Origin: Minisyncoccota bacterium
Lineage (GTDB): Bacteria > Patescibacteriota > Minisyncoccia > Phycocordibacterales > UBA9973
Direction: 5' to 3'
Assembly (NCBI GenBank): GCA_041650615.1
Contig: JBAZKU010000001.1
Coordinates: forward strand, 386,360 to 450,359
Length of the DNA: 64,000 nt
Part shown: one piece after another, positions 27,960 through 38,099 of the stretch
Layout of the letters: each line of letters opens with the position of its first letter
Position numbering within the stretch: position 1 is the first letter of the stretch
Translations under genes and position numbers: made by a program
Notes under the pieces: model-generated
What the model was told of the DNA's origin: nothing
The model's input: only the letters and a program-made list of their open reading frames with translations
Database searches by the model: none

Positions 27960-28814
27960 TCAACCAACTACCGTACTCTCGTAAGGATTATCAAAATTAT
28001 TAATCCTGAAAGTTTTCTTGTATTCCATCAAAAGATTAAGACCTTTTGAAGACAGCAGAGATTTCTCACTCTTCTTTTCTATCTCCATAAATTTTTCAAG
28101 GGATATTCTTTCTGGGTTTCCATCAACCCCCCTCTTTTTCCAGAAATTTAATTCGGTCCCAAGTATTATGCTCAACAAAATAGCAGTATAATCACTACCC
28201 TCTCTACCGATAGTAGAAAGAAGTCCGTTAACACTTTTTCCAATGAAACCTTGAGTAATAATTAACCGGTTCTCTTGAATTAAATTTCCAGTAAAAATAC
28301 TTTTTATTCCCTGTTCTGTTTCTGAAAAAAGTACTTCCGCATCAATAGAATTTTCACTCGTAACCATAAAATCACGAGCGTCTACCAATTTGTTTTTCAA
28401 ACCTTTACAGTCAAGATAACAGTTAACAATCACTGAGCTTGCCAATTCCCCTAATGGAACAATTTTCCCGTAAATGGAATCGTATGGTTTATTCTTATAT
28501 TTATCAATATCAAATATAAAAAGCTTACCGATTTCATTGGAAATTTCACGATAATACTCTACGGAGAAAAGTTCTCTTACAATATTCATGTGGAAATCAT
28601 ATACTTCATGCCAAGCCTTTTTTGCCTCTAACTGTTTACCTTCATAAAGACACAGTGCCAAAAACTCCAGCATATTTGTTACCTTATCCATAGCAGAGAC
28701 AACAACTATTGTTGGTTCTTTCATGTACTGTTGGACTCGAGAAAGAAAGGTTTTAATAGAAAGAACATCTCTTATTGATGCCCCTCCGACTTTAACGACG
28801 ACGTTGACTTCCAT
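27960..28814 (-). CDS. aspartokinase-like amino-acid kinase catalytic domain (no ACT domains)
   Basis: VVKVGGASI, VVVSAMDKVTNML, GREGSDYTA (aspartokinase motifs); only 284 aa. Confidence 0.55.
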   Translation of the reverse strand: MEVNVVVKVGGASIRDVLSIKTFLSRVQQYMKEPTIVVVSAMDKVTNMLEFLALCLYEGKQLEAKKAWHEVYDFHMNIVRELFSVEYYREISNEIGKLFIFDIDKYKNKPYDSIYGKIVPLGELASSVIVNCYLDCKGLKNKLVDARDFMVTSENSIDAEVLFSETEQGIKSIFTGNLIQENRLIITQGFIGKSVNGLLSTIGREGSDYTAILLSIILGTELNFWKKRGVDGNPERISLEKFMEIEKKSEKSLLSSKGLNLLMEYKKTFRINNFDNPYESTVVG

Positions 28815-28900
28815 AAGAAGTTTCCTTTCAATAAGTTTATATCAAAAAACAGCTTTTTCTGTATTCTAACAACAAAATTCCTTTTATCAAATATGTAAAT

Positions 28901-29248
28901 TTACCTTAAAGGGTTCTCAACCTCCATTAGAGTAAATCTCGCCATTATTTCAAATTCATGCGCTTTTCTGAGAGAATCTTCTTGTTCTAGGTCATTATTC
29001 TTTTTCTTTTGAAATTCTCTAACAACCTCTAATAATCCTAGAGTCCTCAAACGTTTCATAACTTCGGGAGTATCTAATTCTAAATATTTATCCTGTCTTT
29101 CCGGCGGATGAGGACCATTGTAATCGCCTAAATCCGTTAGTATTTTACGATATAAATCTTTCTTTTCTTCTAAAGATAATTCCAGTGGAATTTTTCTCTT
29201 TTCACCAACTCCTATTTCAGGAGAATTATTTAATTCATCAAAACTCAT
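28901..29248 (-). CDS. hypothetical protein (115 aa, acidic)
   Basis: ORF only; between fusA and the aspartokinase-like gene. Confidence 0.4.
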   Translation of the reverse strand: MSFDELNNSPEIGVGEKRKIPLELSLEEKKDLYRKILTDLGDYNGPHPPERQDKYLELDTPEVMKRLRTLGLLEVVREFQKKKNNDLEQEDSLRKAHEFEIMARFTLMEVENPLR

Positions 29249-29265
29249 AGAGTAATTATAAACCT

Positions 29266-31416
29266 TTATTTTCTCGCTGCAATAATAGTTTCTGCCACAT
29301 TGTTCGGAACAATGTCATATCGCAAGAATTCCATCGTAAATGATGCTCGTCCTTCGGTCATAGAACGAAGTCCAGTCATGTATCCGAACATTTCAGAAAG
29401 AGGCACAACTGCGCGGAGCGTTTTGTTCATTCCCCTGTCTTCCATTCCTTCTATAATTCCACGCTTGGAAGAAATATTGCCGGTGATATCTCCCATGAAT
29501 TTTTCCGGAGTAACAACTTCCACTTTCATCATTGGTTCCAAAATCACCGGCTTTGCGCTTCGGCAAGCATCTTGCACCGCCATAGAAGCGGCAATTTTGA
29601 AAGCCATTTCATTTGAGTCAACTTCATGATAACTTCCATCCCAGAGCTCTACGGAAACATTTACCATTTTAAATCCGGCAAGCACTCCGCGGTCTAAACC
29701 TTCTCTAAAACCTTTCTCGCAAGGCGCAATATATTCTTGCGGAATGACCCCTCCTTTAATGGTATTAATGAACTCAAATCCATTTGCTCTTTTTGTATTT
29801 TTAGGCAAATCTTCTATTTCTTCTTTGGAAAGCGGAACCATAGGTTTAACTTTGATTTTAACGTGACCATAGTTTCCTCGTCCGCCAGATTGCTTGATGT
29901 ATTTACCCTCCGCTTCTGAAGTTCCCGTAATTGTCTCACGATAAGCCACTTGCGGTTTCCCAACATTAGCCTCAACGGTAAATTCCCTTTTCATGCGATC
30001 TACAATAATTTCAAGATGTAATTCTCCCATACCGGCAATAATCGTCTCTCCCGTTTCTTGGTCGGTAGAAACCTTAAAGGTAGGATCTTCTTGCGCCAAA
30101 CGATTAAGCGCCATCCCCATTTTTTCCTGGTCGGCTTTTGTTTTCGGTTCAATACGTAATTGAATAACCGGTTCAGGGAAAATTATTCTATCCAGTTCAA
30201 TAGGATGTTCTTCCTCGCAAATAGTATCGGAAGTAATGGTATCTTTCAGTCCCACTGCTGCCGCAATCTCTCCGGCAAAAACTTTTTTTACTTCTTCACG
30301 ATCATTGGCATGCATACGCAATATTCTGCCGATACGTTCTTTGTTTCTGGTTCTAGGATTATAGACATAAGAGCCGGCAACCAAAGTTCCGGAGTAAACT
30401 CTGAAGAAAATAAGCTGTCCGACGAAAGGATCTGTTGCCACTTTAAAAGCGAGAGCGGAAAAAGGTTCTGTATCCGAAGCGTGTCTAAAAATAATTTCAT
30501 CATTATTATCCGGATCTGTTCCTTCCACGGGAGGAATATCCAGAGGAGAAGGAAGATAATCCACCACACCATCAAGCACCAACTGGACACCTTTATTTTT
30601 CAGAGCAGACCCAGCGTAAACCGGAAAAATTTCGTTGGTTATAACCCCTTTTCTCAAAAGTCTTTTCAGGGTATCCATATCCGGACTTTTTCCTTCCAAG
30701 TAATCATTCATCACTGCATCATCTTGTTCTACAATTTTTTCAATAAGTTCATGATGATATTTTTCTGCTTCTGGTTTTAAATTTTCTGGAATTTCTTTTT
30801 CAACTACCCTATTTCCCATTTCTCCTTCAAAATAAAAAGCTTTCATGGCAAGTAAATCCACTACTCCTTCGTGTTTTTCTTCCAGTCCAATAGGTATTTG
30901 CATACGAACAGCTTTTTTAGTCAGACGGTCTAAGATTGTGGCAAAAGAATGTTCAAAAGAGGCACCAGTTCTGTCTAATTTGTTAATAAAACAAATACGA
31001 GGAACCTTAGCTTCATCCGCATAACGCCAATTCGTTTCTGATTGAGGTTCTACTCCTGCCACTCCATCAAAAACAACCACAGCCCCGTCCAACACACGGA
31101 GAGATCTTTTTACTTCAGCTGTAAAATCAATATGCCCGGGCGTATCAATAATATTAAAACGATGCTTTTTATTTTTATCACCCTTAGCATAGATTGGAGT
31201 CCAAAAACATGTAACAGCTGCAGAGGTGATAGTGATGCCTCGTTCTCTTTCTTGTTCCATCCAATCGGTTACAGTTTCACCATCATGCACTTCTCCTATT
31301 TTATGAGACATTCCAGTATAAAAAAGTACGCGTTCTGTCGTGGTTGTTTTCCCCGCATCAATATGCGCGATAATTCCAATATTTCTAACCTTTTCCAGTG
31401 GGTAATCTCGTTCCAT
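29266..31416 (-). CDS. fusA: elongation factor G
   Basis: [20 protein letters not shown], complete 5-domain length. Confidence 0.95.
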   Translation of the reverse strand: MERDYPLEKVRNIGIIAHIDAGKTTTTERVLFYTGMSHKIGEVHDGETVTDWMEQERERGITITSAAVTCFWTPIYAKGDKNKKHRFNIIDTPGHIDFTAEVKRSLRVLDGAVVVFDGVAGVEPQSETNWRYADEAKVPRICFINKLDRTGASFEHSFATILDRLTKKAVRMQIPIGLEEKHEGVVDLLAMKAFYFEGEMGNRVVEKEIPENLKPEAEKYHHELIEKIVEQDDAVMNDYLEGKSPDMDTLKRLLRKGVITNEIFPVYAGSALKNKGVQLVLDGVVDYLPSPLDIPPVEGTDPDNNDEIIFRHASDTEPFSALAFKVATDPFVGQLIFFRVYSGTLVAGSYVYNPRTRNKERIGRILRMHANDREEVKKVFAGEIAAAVGLKDTITSDTICEEEHPIELDRIIFPEPVIQLRIEPKTKADQEKMGMALNRLAQEDPTFKVSTDQETGETIIAGMGELHLEIIVDRMKREFTVEANVGKPQVAYRETITGTSEAEGKYIKQSGGRGNYGHVKIKVKPMVPLSKEEIEDLPKNTKRANGFEFINTIKGGVIPQEYIAPCEKGFREGLDRGVLAGFKMVNVSVELWDGSYHEVDSNEMAFKIAASMAVQDACRSAKPVILEPMMKVEVVTPEKFMGDITGNISSKRGIIEGMEDRGMNKTLRAVVPLSEMFGYMTGLRSMTEGRASFTMEFLRYDIVPNNVAETIIAARK

Positions 31417-31425
31417 ATATTTAAA

Positions 31426-31896
31426 TTACCAGGCAAAATGAGCAAAAGCTTTGTTGGCTTCAGCCATTTTATGAATATCTTCTTTCTTTTTAATAGCCGA
31501 GCCTTCATTTTTAGAAGCGGCAATCAATTCGTCGGCAAGTTTTAAATGCATCGGACGTCCTTTGTTTTTACGAGCAGCATCACGAATCCATCGCATAGCT
31601 AGAGCAAGACGGCGTTCCGGTCGGACTTCTCTCGGCACTTGATAGTTTGCCCCTCCGATACGCTTAGAACGTACTTCGGTCAGAGGACCGGCATTTTTCA
31701 TAGCTAAATCAAAAATTTCAAGAGGATTTGGATTACCTGTTTTTTCCTTTATTATATCAAAAGCTTGATACATTACTTTTCTGGCAGTTTCTTTTTTACC
31801 ATTCCACATAATGTAATTGATGAATTTCTCCAATTTTTGAGAATTGTAAATAAAATCCGGCTTGACTATATTTCTGTTGTTTATTTTACGTCGCAT
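31426..31896 (-). CDS. rpsG: 30S ribosomal protein S7
   Basis: sequence family plus order. Confidence 0.92.
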   Translation of the reverse strand: MRRKINNRNIVKPDFIYNSQKLEKFINYIMWNGKKETARKVMYQAFDIIKEKTGNPNPLEIFDLAMKNAGPLTEVRSKRIGGANYQVPREVRPERRLALAMRWIRDAARKNKGRPMHLKLADELIAASKNEGSAIKKKEDIHKMAEANKAFAHFAW

Positions 31897-31902
31897 AATT
31901 TT

Positions 31903-32325
31903 TTATTTTTTTACTTCTTTTGGTCGTTTATTACCATAAAGAGACCTGCCTTGTCTGCGTTTTTCAACTCCTTGCGTATCTAAAACTCCGCGTACGATAT
32001 GATATCTAACTCCAATTAAATCTTTCACGCGTCCTCCGCGAAGCATTACTACAGAGTGTTCCTGTAAATTATGTCCTTCTCCTGGAATGTAAGCCGTAAC
32101 TTCCATACCATTAGTTAGACGCACTCTGGCAATCTTTCGAAGAGCTGAGTTTGGTTTTTTGGGAGTAGTGGTTGAAACTTTAGTGCAAACACCGCGCTTG
32201 AAAGGAGCCGGAAAAAAGACTGGTCTATTTTTCAAAACGTTAAATCCTCGCGCCAAAGCTACCGTTTTTGATTTCGGGTGAGCTTTTACTCTTTTTCTTT
32301 TAATTAATTGATTGATTGTAGGCAT
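31903..32325 (-). CDS. rpsL: 30S ribosomal protein S12
   Basis: [12 protein letters not shown]..., [10 protein letters not shown]. Confidence 0.95.
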   Translation of the reverse strand: MPTINQLIKRKRVKAHPKSKTVALARGFNVLKNRPVFFPAPFKRGVCTKVSTTTPKKPNSALRKIARVRLTNGMEVTAYIPGEGHNLQEHSVVMLRGGRVKDLIGVRYHIVRGVLDTQGVEKRRQGRSLYGNKRPKEVKK

Positions 32326-32398
32326 CCCAGTACTAAAATTTTATTAATAACCTTTATTTTTATGACCTGTACCCAAAAATTTAGTACGGGACAGGTAT
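32326..32398. repeat. family 2 inverted-repeat leader element (CCCAGTACTAAAATTTTATT ... AAAAATTTAGTACGGGACAGGTAT) fused to the rpsL ATG
   Basis: Near-identical termini repeated at 37986-38096 upstream of rplK; gene-strand end is ...TTTTAGTACTGGG-ATG. Confidence 0.5.
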
Positions 32399-32449
32399 CT
32401 AAATAAAATAGCCCCATAGGACTACGGAAATAATATACTATTTAAAGAG

Positions 32450-33061
32450 TTAAAATGCAAGACCGGTAATTAAATGAAATAAAAAGGTTAAGATTGGATA
32501 TAAAAAGTTAGCAAAAAGGACGATAAAGATAACAATTAAAAAAAGCGAGTATTGTTCAAAAAAAGAAATGGCTTTAAAAAAGGAATTCGGCAGAAGAGAA
32601 AAAAGTATTTTAGAACCATCTAGGGGTGGAATAGGCACTAGATTAAAAATTGCCAATCCTAAATTTATTAGAACAATTGAGGAGATTACGGAAATAAAAT
32701 TAACCGAGACTGCGCTATTGATGGAAAAACGAAGAATAAGGCCAAAGAAAATAGCCATGGAAAGATTTGCCAAAATTCCCGCCGAAGCGACGGCGATAGT
32801 TCCCCATTTTCTATTAGTAAGATTATTCGGATTATATGGCACTGGTTTGGCCCAACCGAATAAAAAAGAAGAATGAGTTAAAATAAGAAATGCCGGTAAA
32901 ATAATAGAACCAAAAATATCCAAATGCTTAAGAGGATTCAGGGTGAGACGTCCAGCATAAAGAGCTGTTTTATCGCCAAAACGCAAAGCAATAAAACCAT
33001 GAGAAACTTCATGGATCACGACAGACATTATAAGTATAACAATAAAAAAGATTGTATCCAT
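32450..33061 (-). CDS. site-2 protease family (M50) zinc metalloprotease, small membrane form
   Basis: HEVSHG zinc motif in a TM helix, multiple TM segments. Confidence 0.7.
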   Translation of the reverse strand: MDTIFFIVILIMSVVIHEVSHGFIALRFGDKTALYAGRLTLNPLKHLDIFGSIILPAFLILTHSSFLFGWAKPVPYNPNNLTNRKWGTIAVASAGILANLSMAIFFGLILRFSINSAVSVNFISVISSIVLINLGLAIFNLVPIPPLDGSKILFSLLPNSFFKAISFFEQYSLFLIVIFIVLFANFLYPILTFLFHLITGLAF

Positions 33062-33117
33062 ATGAATCTAAAAGTTGCGAACCCGTTCTTTCTATGATAG
33101 CATACTAGAACTACAAT

Positions 33118-33360
33118 ATGAAAACATGCGCAATATCAAAAAAGGGTCCGATAATTGGTGGCGGGTATTCAAATAGAACTCGTGCTACTAAATTCAACCC
33201 GACCGGCAGAGTCCGAAAATATCCAAATCTTCAAAAGAGGAAAATTTTTGTGCCTGAATTAAATAAAACTGTAAATATAGAAGTTTCTACTCGTGGCATG
33301 CGCACCATCAAAAAAAACGGCATCTATAAAACTCTCAAAAAAACTGGGTTGGTGAAATAA
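33118..33360 (+). CDS. rpmB: 50S ribosomal protein L28
   Basis: C.ISKKGP..G...S......T.R...PNLQ...I.V.E....V...VS....R.I.K.G pattern. Confidence 0.8.
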   Translation: MKTCAISKKGPIIGGGYSNRTRATKFNPTGRVRKYPNLQKRKIFVPELNKTVNIEVSTRGMRTIKKNGIYKTLKKTGLVK

Positions 33361-33362
33361 AA

Positions 33363-33412
33363 ATGAAAAAGCCCCTTGAGAAAGCTTAAGGCTTTCCCAG
33401 GGGGCTTTAATT
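33363..33412. terminator. bidirectional terminator hairpin AGCCCCTTGAGAAAGC-TTAA-GGCTTTCCCAGGGGGCT
   Basis: Between convergent rpmB and the DEAD-box helicase gene. Confidence 0.6.
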
Positions 33413-33631
33413 TCCCTCAAAAATACGTTCTTCTCTTCCTTCTTCTCCTCCTCCTTCTTGATCCAAAAGAACTATGGGGGTAATCTCAGAATTACTAACT
33501 TTCTTTTCTTCTGAAGTTCTTTCTTCAATATCGGAAGAAGGACATAGTACTTTTATATTTTTACCCATGATCTTGCTTCCCTTTCAAATAATGAACAGCC
33601 AATGGATTTCGCTAGGAAGTATACGACAATT

Positions 33632-34849
33632 CTACACAAATGTCAATGCTATCCCTTTTTTGCCAGAACGGCCGGTGCGGCCGATGCGGTGCACATAGGT
33701 ATCGTAAGTTTGTGGAACATCATAGTTGATAACGTGTGTGACATCTGGAATGTCCAGTCCTCGAGCAGCGACATCGGTCGCTATTAAAATGTTGATATGG
33801 TCTTTTTTAAATAAATCCAAGGTGCGAATACGTTCGCGGCTTCTTTTATCGCCGTGAATACAGCCCACTTTAAATCCCAAGCGAGAAAGGTCTTTGGTGA
33901 GAGAATCCACGCTATGTTTCATTTCTCGAAAAATTAAAACTTTATCTGAACCTTCTCTTTTTAAGACTTCGTGCAGTTTATCAAGTTTTTCTTCTTTGCT
34001 TCTAGTGCGAATAATATCTTGGTCAATATTTTTGGCTGTTTCTCCGGAGATTACGGAGATAAAAACAGGGTCTTTGAGAAATTCTGTGGTTAATTTTTTT
34101 ACTTCCGCAGAAAGTGTCGCCGAAAAGAAAAGAGTTTGACGTTTTTCTTTAGGAACTTTTCCAAGTATGAAAACCATATCATCACGAAAGCCCATATCCA
34201 GCATTCTGTCTGCTTCATCCAGCACCACACTGTGGCATGTAGATAAATCTAATACTTTTCTATTTATCAAATCTTTTATGCGTCCCGGCGTACCAATAAT
34301 AAACGATACTCCTCTTTTTATTTCTGTAATCTGTCTCATTATCGGTAATCCCCCGACACAAGCCACGGAAAAAATTCCCAAACCAAAAGCCAGCGCGCGA
34401 AAATCGGATTCTATCTGCATGGCAAGCTCTCTGGTTGGAGCCATAATTAATACTTTTTCATTTTTTCTTTGTCCTTTAGTTTTAACAATTTTTTCTATTA
34501 AAGGAAGCATGAATGCTGCAGTTTTACCTGTGCCGGTATTGGCCATACCAAAAACATCTTTCCCTTCTAAAACAAAGAAAATAGCCTGGTCTTGAATTGG
34601 TCTTGGATTTATAAATCCAGCTCTGGCAATATTTTTATGAATTTGCGGATTAAAAGGAAAGTCTATAAAGGTATGCTTTGAAACATAAGGTTTTTCTTCA
34701 ATTTGTTGCCCTTTTTTAATAAAGCGAGAAAAATCTATGTGCTCAGAAAAACCTCTCTTTTTAGGACGATTATTATTTTTAAAATTCTTTTTAGAATTAA
34801 ATTTTGGACACCCAAATTTCTTCGGACCGGATAGTCGATGTGTATACAT
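33632..34849 (-). CDS. DEAD-box ATP-dependent RNA helicase
   Basis: Q-motif region, ANTGTGKT, DEAD, SAT, HRIGRTGR. Confidence 0.9.
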   Translation of the reverse strand: MYTHRLSGPKKFGCPKFNSKKNFKNNNRPKKRGFSEHIDFSRFIKKGQQIEEKPYVSKHTFIDFPFNPQIHKNIARAGFINPRPIQDQAIFFVLEGKDVFGMANTGTGKTAAFMLPLIEKIVKTKGQRKNEKVLIMAPTRELAMQIESDFRALAFGLGIFSVACVGGLPIMRQITEIKRGVSFIIGTPGRIKDLINRKVLDLSTCHSVVLDEADRMLDMGFRDDMVFILGKVPKEKRQTLFFSATLSAEVKKLTTEFLKDPVFISVISGETAKNIDQDIIRTRSKEEKLDKLHEVLKREGSDKVLIFREMKHSVDSLTKDLSRLGFKVGCIHGDKRSRERIRTLDLFKKDHINILIATDVAARGLDIPDVTHVINYDVPQTYDTYVHRIGRTGRSGKKGIALTFV

Positions 34850-34918
34850 AATGGGTCACTCCCAATATGTAATATAGTCGAGAATGATGTTTAAAGAATA
34901 GCATTTCTACTATATTTT

Positions 34919-34999
34919 GTCAACCCGGTAGTGAGACTTTACGACGCATCTTTGGATGCAGTGCTTCGCACATCGTAAAGTTCTACTAACCGGGTCAAC
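34919..34999. promoter_or_regulatory. 81-bp imperfect palindrome (half-site CCGGTAGTGAGACTTTACG) over the -35 region of the thyA leaderless promoter; family 3
   Basis: Arms 34919-34943 and 34974-34999; related copy at 53715-53752; TATAAT at 35032-35037, ATG at 35044. Confidence 0.5.
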
Positions 35000-35043
35000 T
35001 TTTTTTAGTTTCGTTTATTTTTAAAACCCGCTATAATGTCTCT

Positions 35044-35916
35044 ATGAGAGCTTACCTAGACATTGTAAAAAATGTTTTGGAAAACGGAGAGAAAAAAACC
35101 GATCGTACTGGGACAGGTACTTTGGCTATAGCCGGAGCAATTTTTAAACATGATATGAAAAATGGTTTTCCATTGTTAACTACCAAAAAAACTCCTTTCC
35201 GTTTAATCGCTTCCGAATTGGAGTTTTTTATTAAGGGAATTACCGATAAAAAATGGTTACAAGACAGGAATAATCATATTTGGGATGAATGGTGTACCCC
35301 CCTAAAAATTCCTTACGCTCATGATGAAGAAACAAAAAAGAAAATGTTGGCTGAAAGAGATTTGGGTGCAATTTATGGTTGGGAATGGCGACATTTTGGC
35401 GCTGAATATAAGGACTATCAAACAGATTACACAGGACAAGGAATTGACCAACTGAAACGGATGGTAGAAATGTTAAAAACAAAACCAGACAGTAGACAAA
35501 TGCTGGTACTAGCTTGGAATCCGTTGGATATTGAAAAAGCGGTTCCACCATATTGTCATTATGCCTTCCAAGTAACAGTTATTAATAATCGTCTGAATTT
35601 ATTTTGGAATCAGCGTAGCGTAGATGTGGCTCTTGGTTTGCCTTTTAATATTGCCAGCTATGCAACTCTTTTACATTTACTCGCCCTGGAAACCGGACTG
35701 GAAGAAGGAATGCTTATTGGTTTTTTGGCTGATACGCATATTTATCTTAATCACATTGATGGTTTAAAAGAACAGCTTACTCGAGATCCAAAAAAATATA
35801 AATTGCCACAAATCAAGACAAATAATTTCAAATCTATTTTTGATTGGCAATATACGGATTCAGAAATTATAAATTATGAAAGTTATCCTAGGATTCCATT
35901 TGAAATAGCAGTATAA
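35044..35916 (+). CDS. thyA: thymidylate synthase (ThyA family)
   Basis: DVALGLPFNIASYATLLHLLA, catalytic Cys in PPYCH (one extra residue versus the canonical PCH). Confidence 0.8.
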   Translation: MRAYLDIVKNVLENGEKKTDRTGTGTLAIAGAIFKHDMKNGFPLLTTKKTPFRLIASELEFFIKGITDKKWLQDRNNHIWDEWCTPLKIPYAHDEETKKKMLAERDLGAIYGWEWRHFGAEYKDYQTDYTGQGIDQLKRMVEMLKTKPDSRQMLVLAWNPLDIEKAVPPYCHYAFQVTVINNRLNLFWNQRSVDVALGLPFNIASYATLLHLLALETGLEEGMLIGFLADTHIYLNHIDGLKEQLTRDPKKYKLPQIKTNNFKSIFDWQYTDSEIINYESYPRIPFEIAV

Positions 35917-35958
35917 CCCCGAACTAGAGCAAGCTCAGTACGGGGCAGGAAAAATTTT

Positions 35959-36465
35959 ATGAGCATATCAATCATTGTCGCCATTGGTAAAAATAATGAA
36001 ATTGGAAAAAAGAACGGACTTCTTTGGAATTTGCCCGCGGATATGAAACATTTTAGAGAAAAGACATCCCTGCACACAGTGATAATGGGTCAAAAAACTT
36101 TTGAATCCCTTAAACGTCCACTCCCGAACCGCAGAAATATCGTTCTGACGCTAGATAATTTATTTAAATCAGAAGGAGTTGAAATTGTGCATTCAGTAAA
36201 TGATCTTTTTTATCTATTGGACAAAACTTCGGACCAAAACGATGAAAATTTTGTAATCGGCGGAGGACAAATATATAAATTATTTATGGATAGGGCTGAC
36301 AAACTTTATATCACGCATGTGGATGCGGAGTTCCCCGATGCTGACACGTTTTTCCCTCTTATAGACCCGAGTATCTGGCAAAAAACAAAAAGTGAAAAAC
36401 GCCCGAAGGACGCTTTAAATCAATACGATTTGGAATTTGTAGAATATATTAAGAAACTTTCTTAA
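35959..36465 (+). CDS. folA: dihydrofolate reductase
   Basis: ISIIVAIGKNNEIGKKNGLLWNLPADMKHF. Confidence 0.88.
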   Translation: MSISIIVAIGKNNEIGKKNGLLWNLPADMKHFREKTSLHTVIMGQKTFESLKRPLPNRRNIVLTLDNLFKSEGVEIVHSVNDLFYLLDKTSDQNDENFVIGGGQIYKLFMDRADKLYITHVDAEFPDADTFFPLIDPSIWQKTKSEKRPKDALNQYDLEFVEYIKKLS

Positions 36466-37000
36466 TTATTTCGTCTAATTGCTTATATAGATCCTCTTTT
36501 GTTCCCTCGTTTATAATAGCAAAATCAGCGCGAGCTATGGGTCCTGCCTGGTGGAGATTTTCTATTTGAGCATAATCTCTGGATATAACGTCTTCTCTTT
36601 TAAGAGGGCGCAGTGGACGATTGCAAAGTCTTTCTATTCTTTTTTCTGGGGAAGCAAATACTGTTAATACTTTAAATATATTTCCAAATTCTTTTTTCAT
36701 CTCTAGATATTCTTCCCAAGAGTAGAGACTTTCAACAAAAACACTGGATTTTTCATATAATTCTTTAACTTTTGGGATGCTTAAAATCGCATAAGCCCCC
36801 ATCCCTAATCTTGCTCTAATTTCTTCTCTGGTTTTTCTCTCATTTGCTTCATTTACTTCTAACCCAATCTTTTTCATTTCATCAAAGGTGATGTCGCCAA
36901 AATAAAATTTTGGCCAGCCGGTTTTTTTCATTAGATACTCGACGATTTCGGTTTTACCAGCTCCTGGCAACCCAACTATCGCTAAAATTATTTTAGACAT
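36449..37000 (-). CDS. P-loop nucleotide/(d)NMP kinase-like protein
   Basis: Walker A GLPGAGKT; 183 aa; clustered with thyA/folA/dCMP deaminase. Confidence 0.5.
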   Translation of the reverse strand: MSKIILAIVGLPGAGKTEIVEYLMKKTGWPKFYFGDITFDEMKKIGLEVNEANERKTREEIRARLGMGAYAILSIPKVKELYEKSSVFVESLYSWEEYLEMKKEFGNIFKVLTVFASPEKRIERLCNRPLRPLKREDVISRDYAQIENLHQAGPIARADFAIINEGTKEDLYKQLDEIIKKVS

Positions 37001-37004
37001 AAGT

Positions 37005-37490
37005 TTAAATTTTTCTTATATAATTTCTAAAAGGAATTTTTGCCAACCTCAACATTTTTTTTGAAGCTTTTACTATTGGGGTATCTGCGTACTTATCACT
37101 TTCATAAATAACTTCTTTTATTCCATTTTGGATAAGAGTTTTTGTGCATTCATTGCATGGAAACAGAGTACAGTATATTTTGCAATTTGCTGTGGAATTA
37201 TTAGCATTATAAATTGCATTTTCTTCAGCATGGCAGACATAAGCATATTTTGTGTTTTCAAAATCACCTTCTCTTTCCCAAGGAAGATTATCAATCCCAA
37301 TGCCCCTAGGCCAACCATTATATCCGATTCCAAGAACAACATTATTTTTATTAACTACAACTGCCCCTGCTTGAGTAGATGGGTCTGGAGATCTTTCAGC
37401 AATAACATGCGCAATACGCATAAAACATTCATCCCAGGAAATACGCTGTTTGCGAGCTTGTTGTTTTCTTGTTTTAGTAACCTTTTTCAT
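37005..37490 (-). CDS. dCMP deaminase (ComEB-like)
   Basis: CHAEENAI and PCNECTK zinc-binding motifs. Confidence 0.85.
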   Translation of the reverse strand: MKKVTKTRKQQARKQRISWDECFMRIAHVIAERSPDPSTQAGAVVVNKNNVVLGIGYNGWPRGIGIDNLPWEREGDFENTKYAYVCHAEENAIYNANNSTANCKIYCTLFPCNECTKTLIQNGIKEVIYESDKYADTPIVKASKKMLRLAKIPFRNYIRKI

Positions 37491-37559
37491 ATCATAAATA
37501 TACTCCCAAAAAACAAAAAAGCCAACAGATTTCTCGGTTGGCTTTTTATCTAAAAATTT

Positions 37560-37985
37560 TTAATCTTTAACTTCTATCCCCATTGACCGAGCAGAGCCGG
37601 CGATGATGTTGATAGCCCCTTCTTTATCTTTGGCATTCAAATCTTTCATTTTCTTTTCGGCAATTTCCCAAGCTTGAGCTTTGGTGATTTTTCCGACTTT
37701 TTCGGTAGCATTTTTGCCAGAGCCTTTTTCTATTCCTGCCGCTTTTAAAATAAGCCCTGTAGCCGGAGGAGTTTTTATGACGAAATCATAACTTCGGTCT
37801 TCATAAACCGTAATATTTACGGAAACTTTATCCCCCGCCATTTTAGCAGTCGCCGCATTGAATTTGGTAACAAAGTCTCCTATATTTATCCCTGCTTGTC
37901 CAAGCGCAGGCCCCAACGGTGGTGCCGGAGTCGCTTTAGCAGCTTGGATTTGTAATTTTATCTTTTTTGTTATCTTTTTTGCCAT
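37560..37985 (-). CDS. rplK: 50S ribosomal protein L11
   Basis: [18 protein letters not shown]. Confidence 0.93.
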   Translation of the reverse strand: MAKKITKKIKLQIQAAKATPAPPLGPALGQAGINIGDFVTKFNAATAKMAGDKVSVNITVYEDRSYDFVIKTPPATGLILKAAGIEKGSGKNATEKVGKITKAQAWEIAEKKMKDLNAKDKEGAINIIAGSARSMGIEVKD

Positions 37986-38096
37986 CCCAGTACTAAAATT
38001 TTATTTATAATGAATAATCTTAATCTATACTATTTCCCTTTTTTTGTCTATTTTTTTAATTTTACTTAATCAAAAATTTAATACGGGACAGGTATA
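37986..38096. repeat. family 2 inverted-repeat leader element fused to the rplK ATG (second copy)
   Basis: CCCAGTACTAAAATTTTATTTATAA ... AAAAATTTAATACGGGACAGGTAT; the distal end overlaps the nusG stop. Confidence 0.5.
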
Positions 38097-38099
38097 ATT

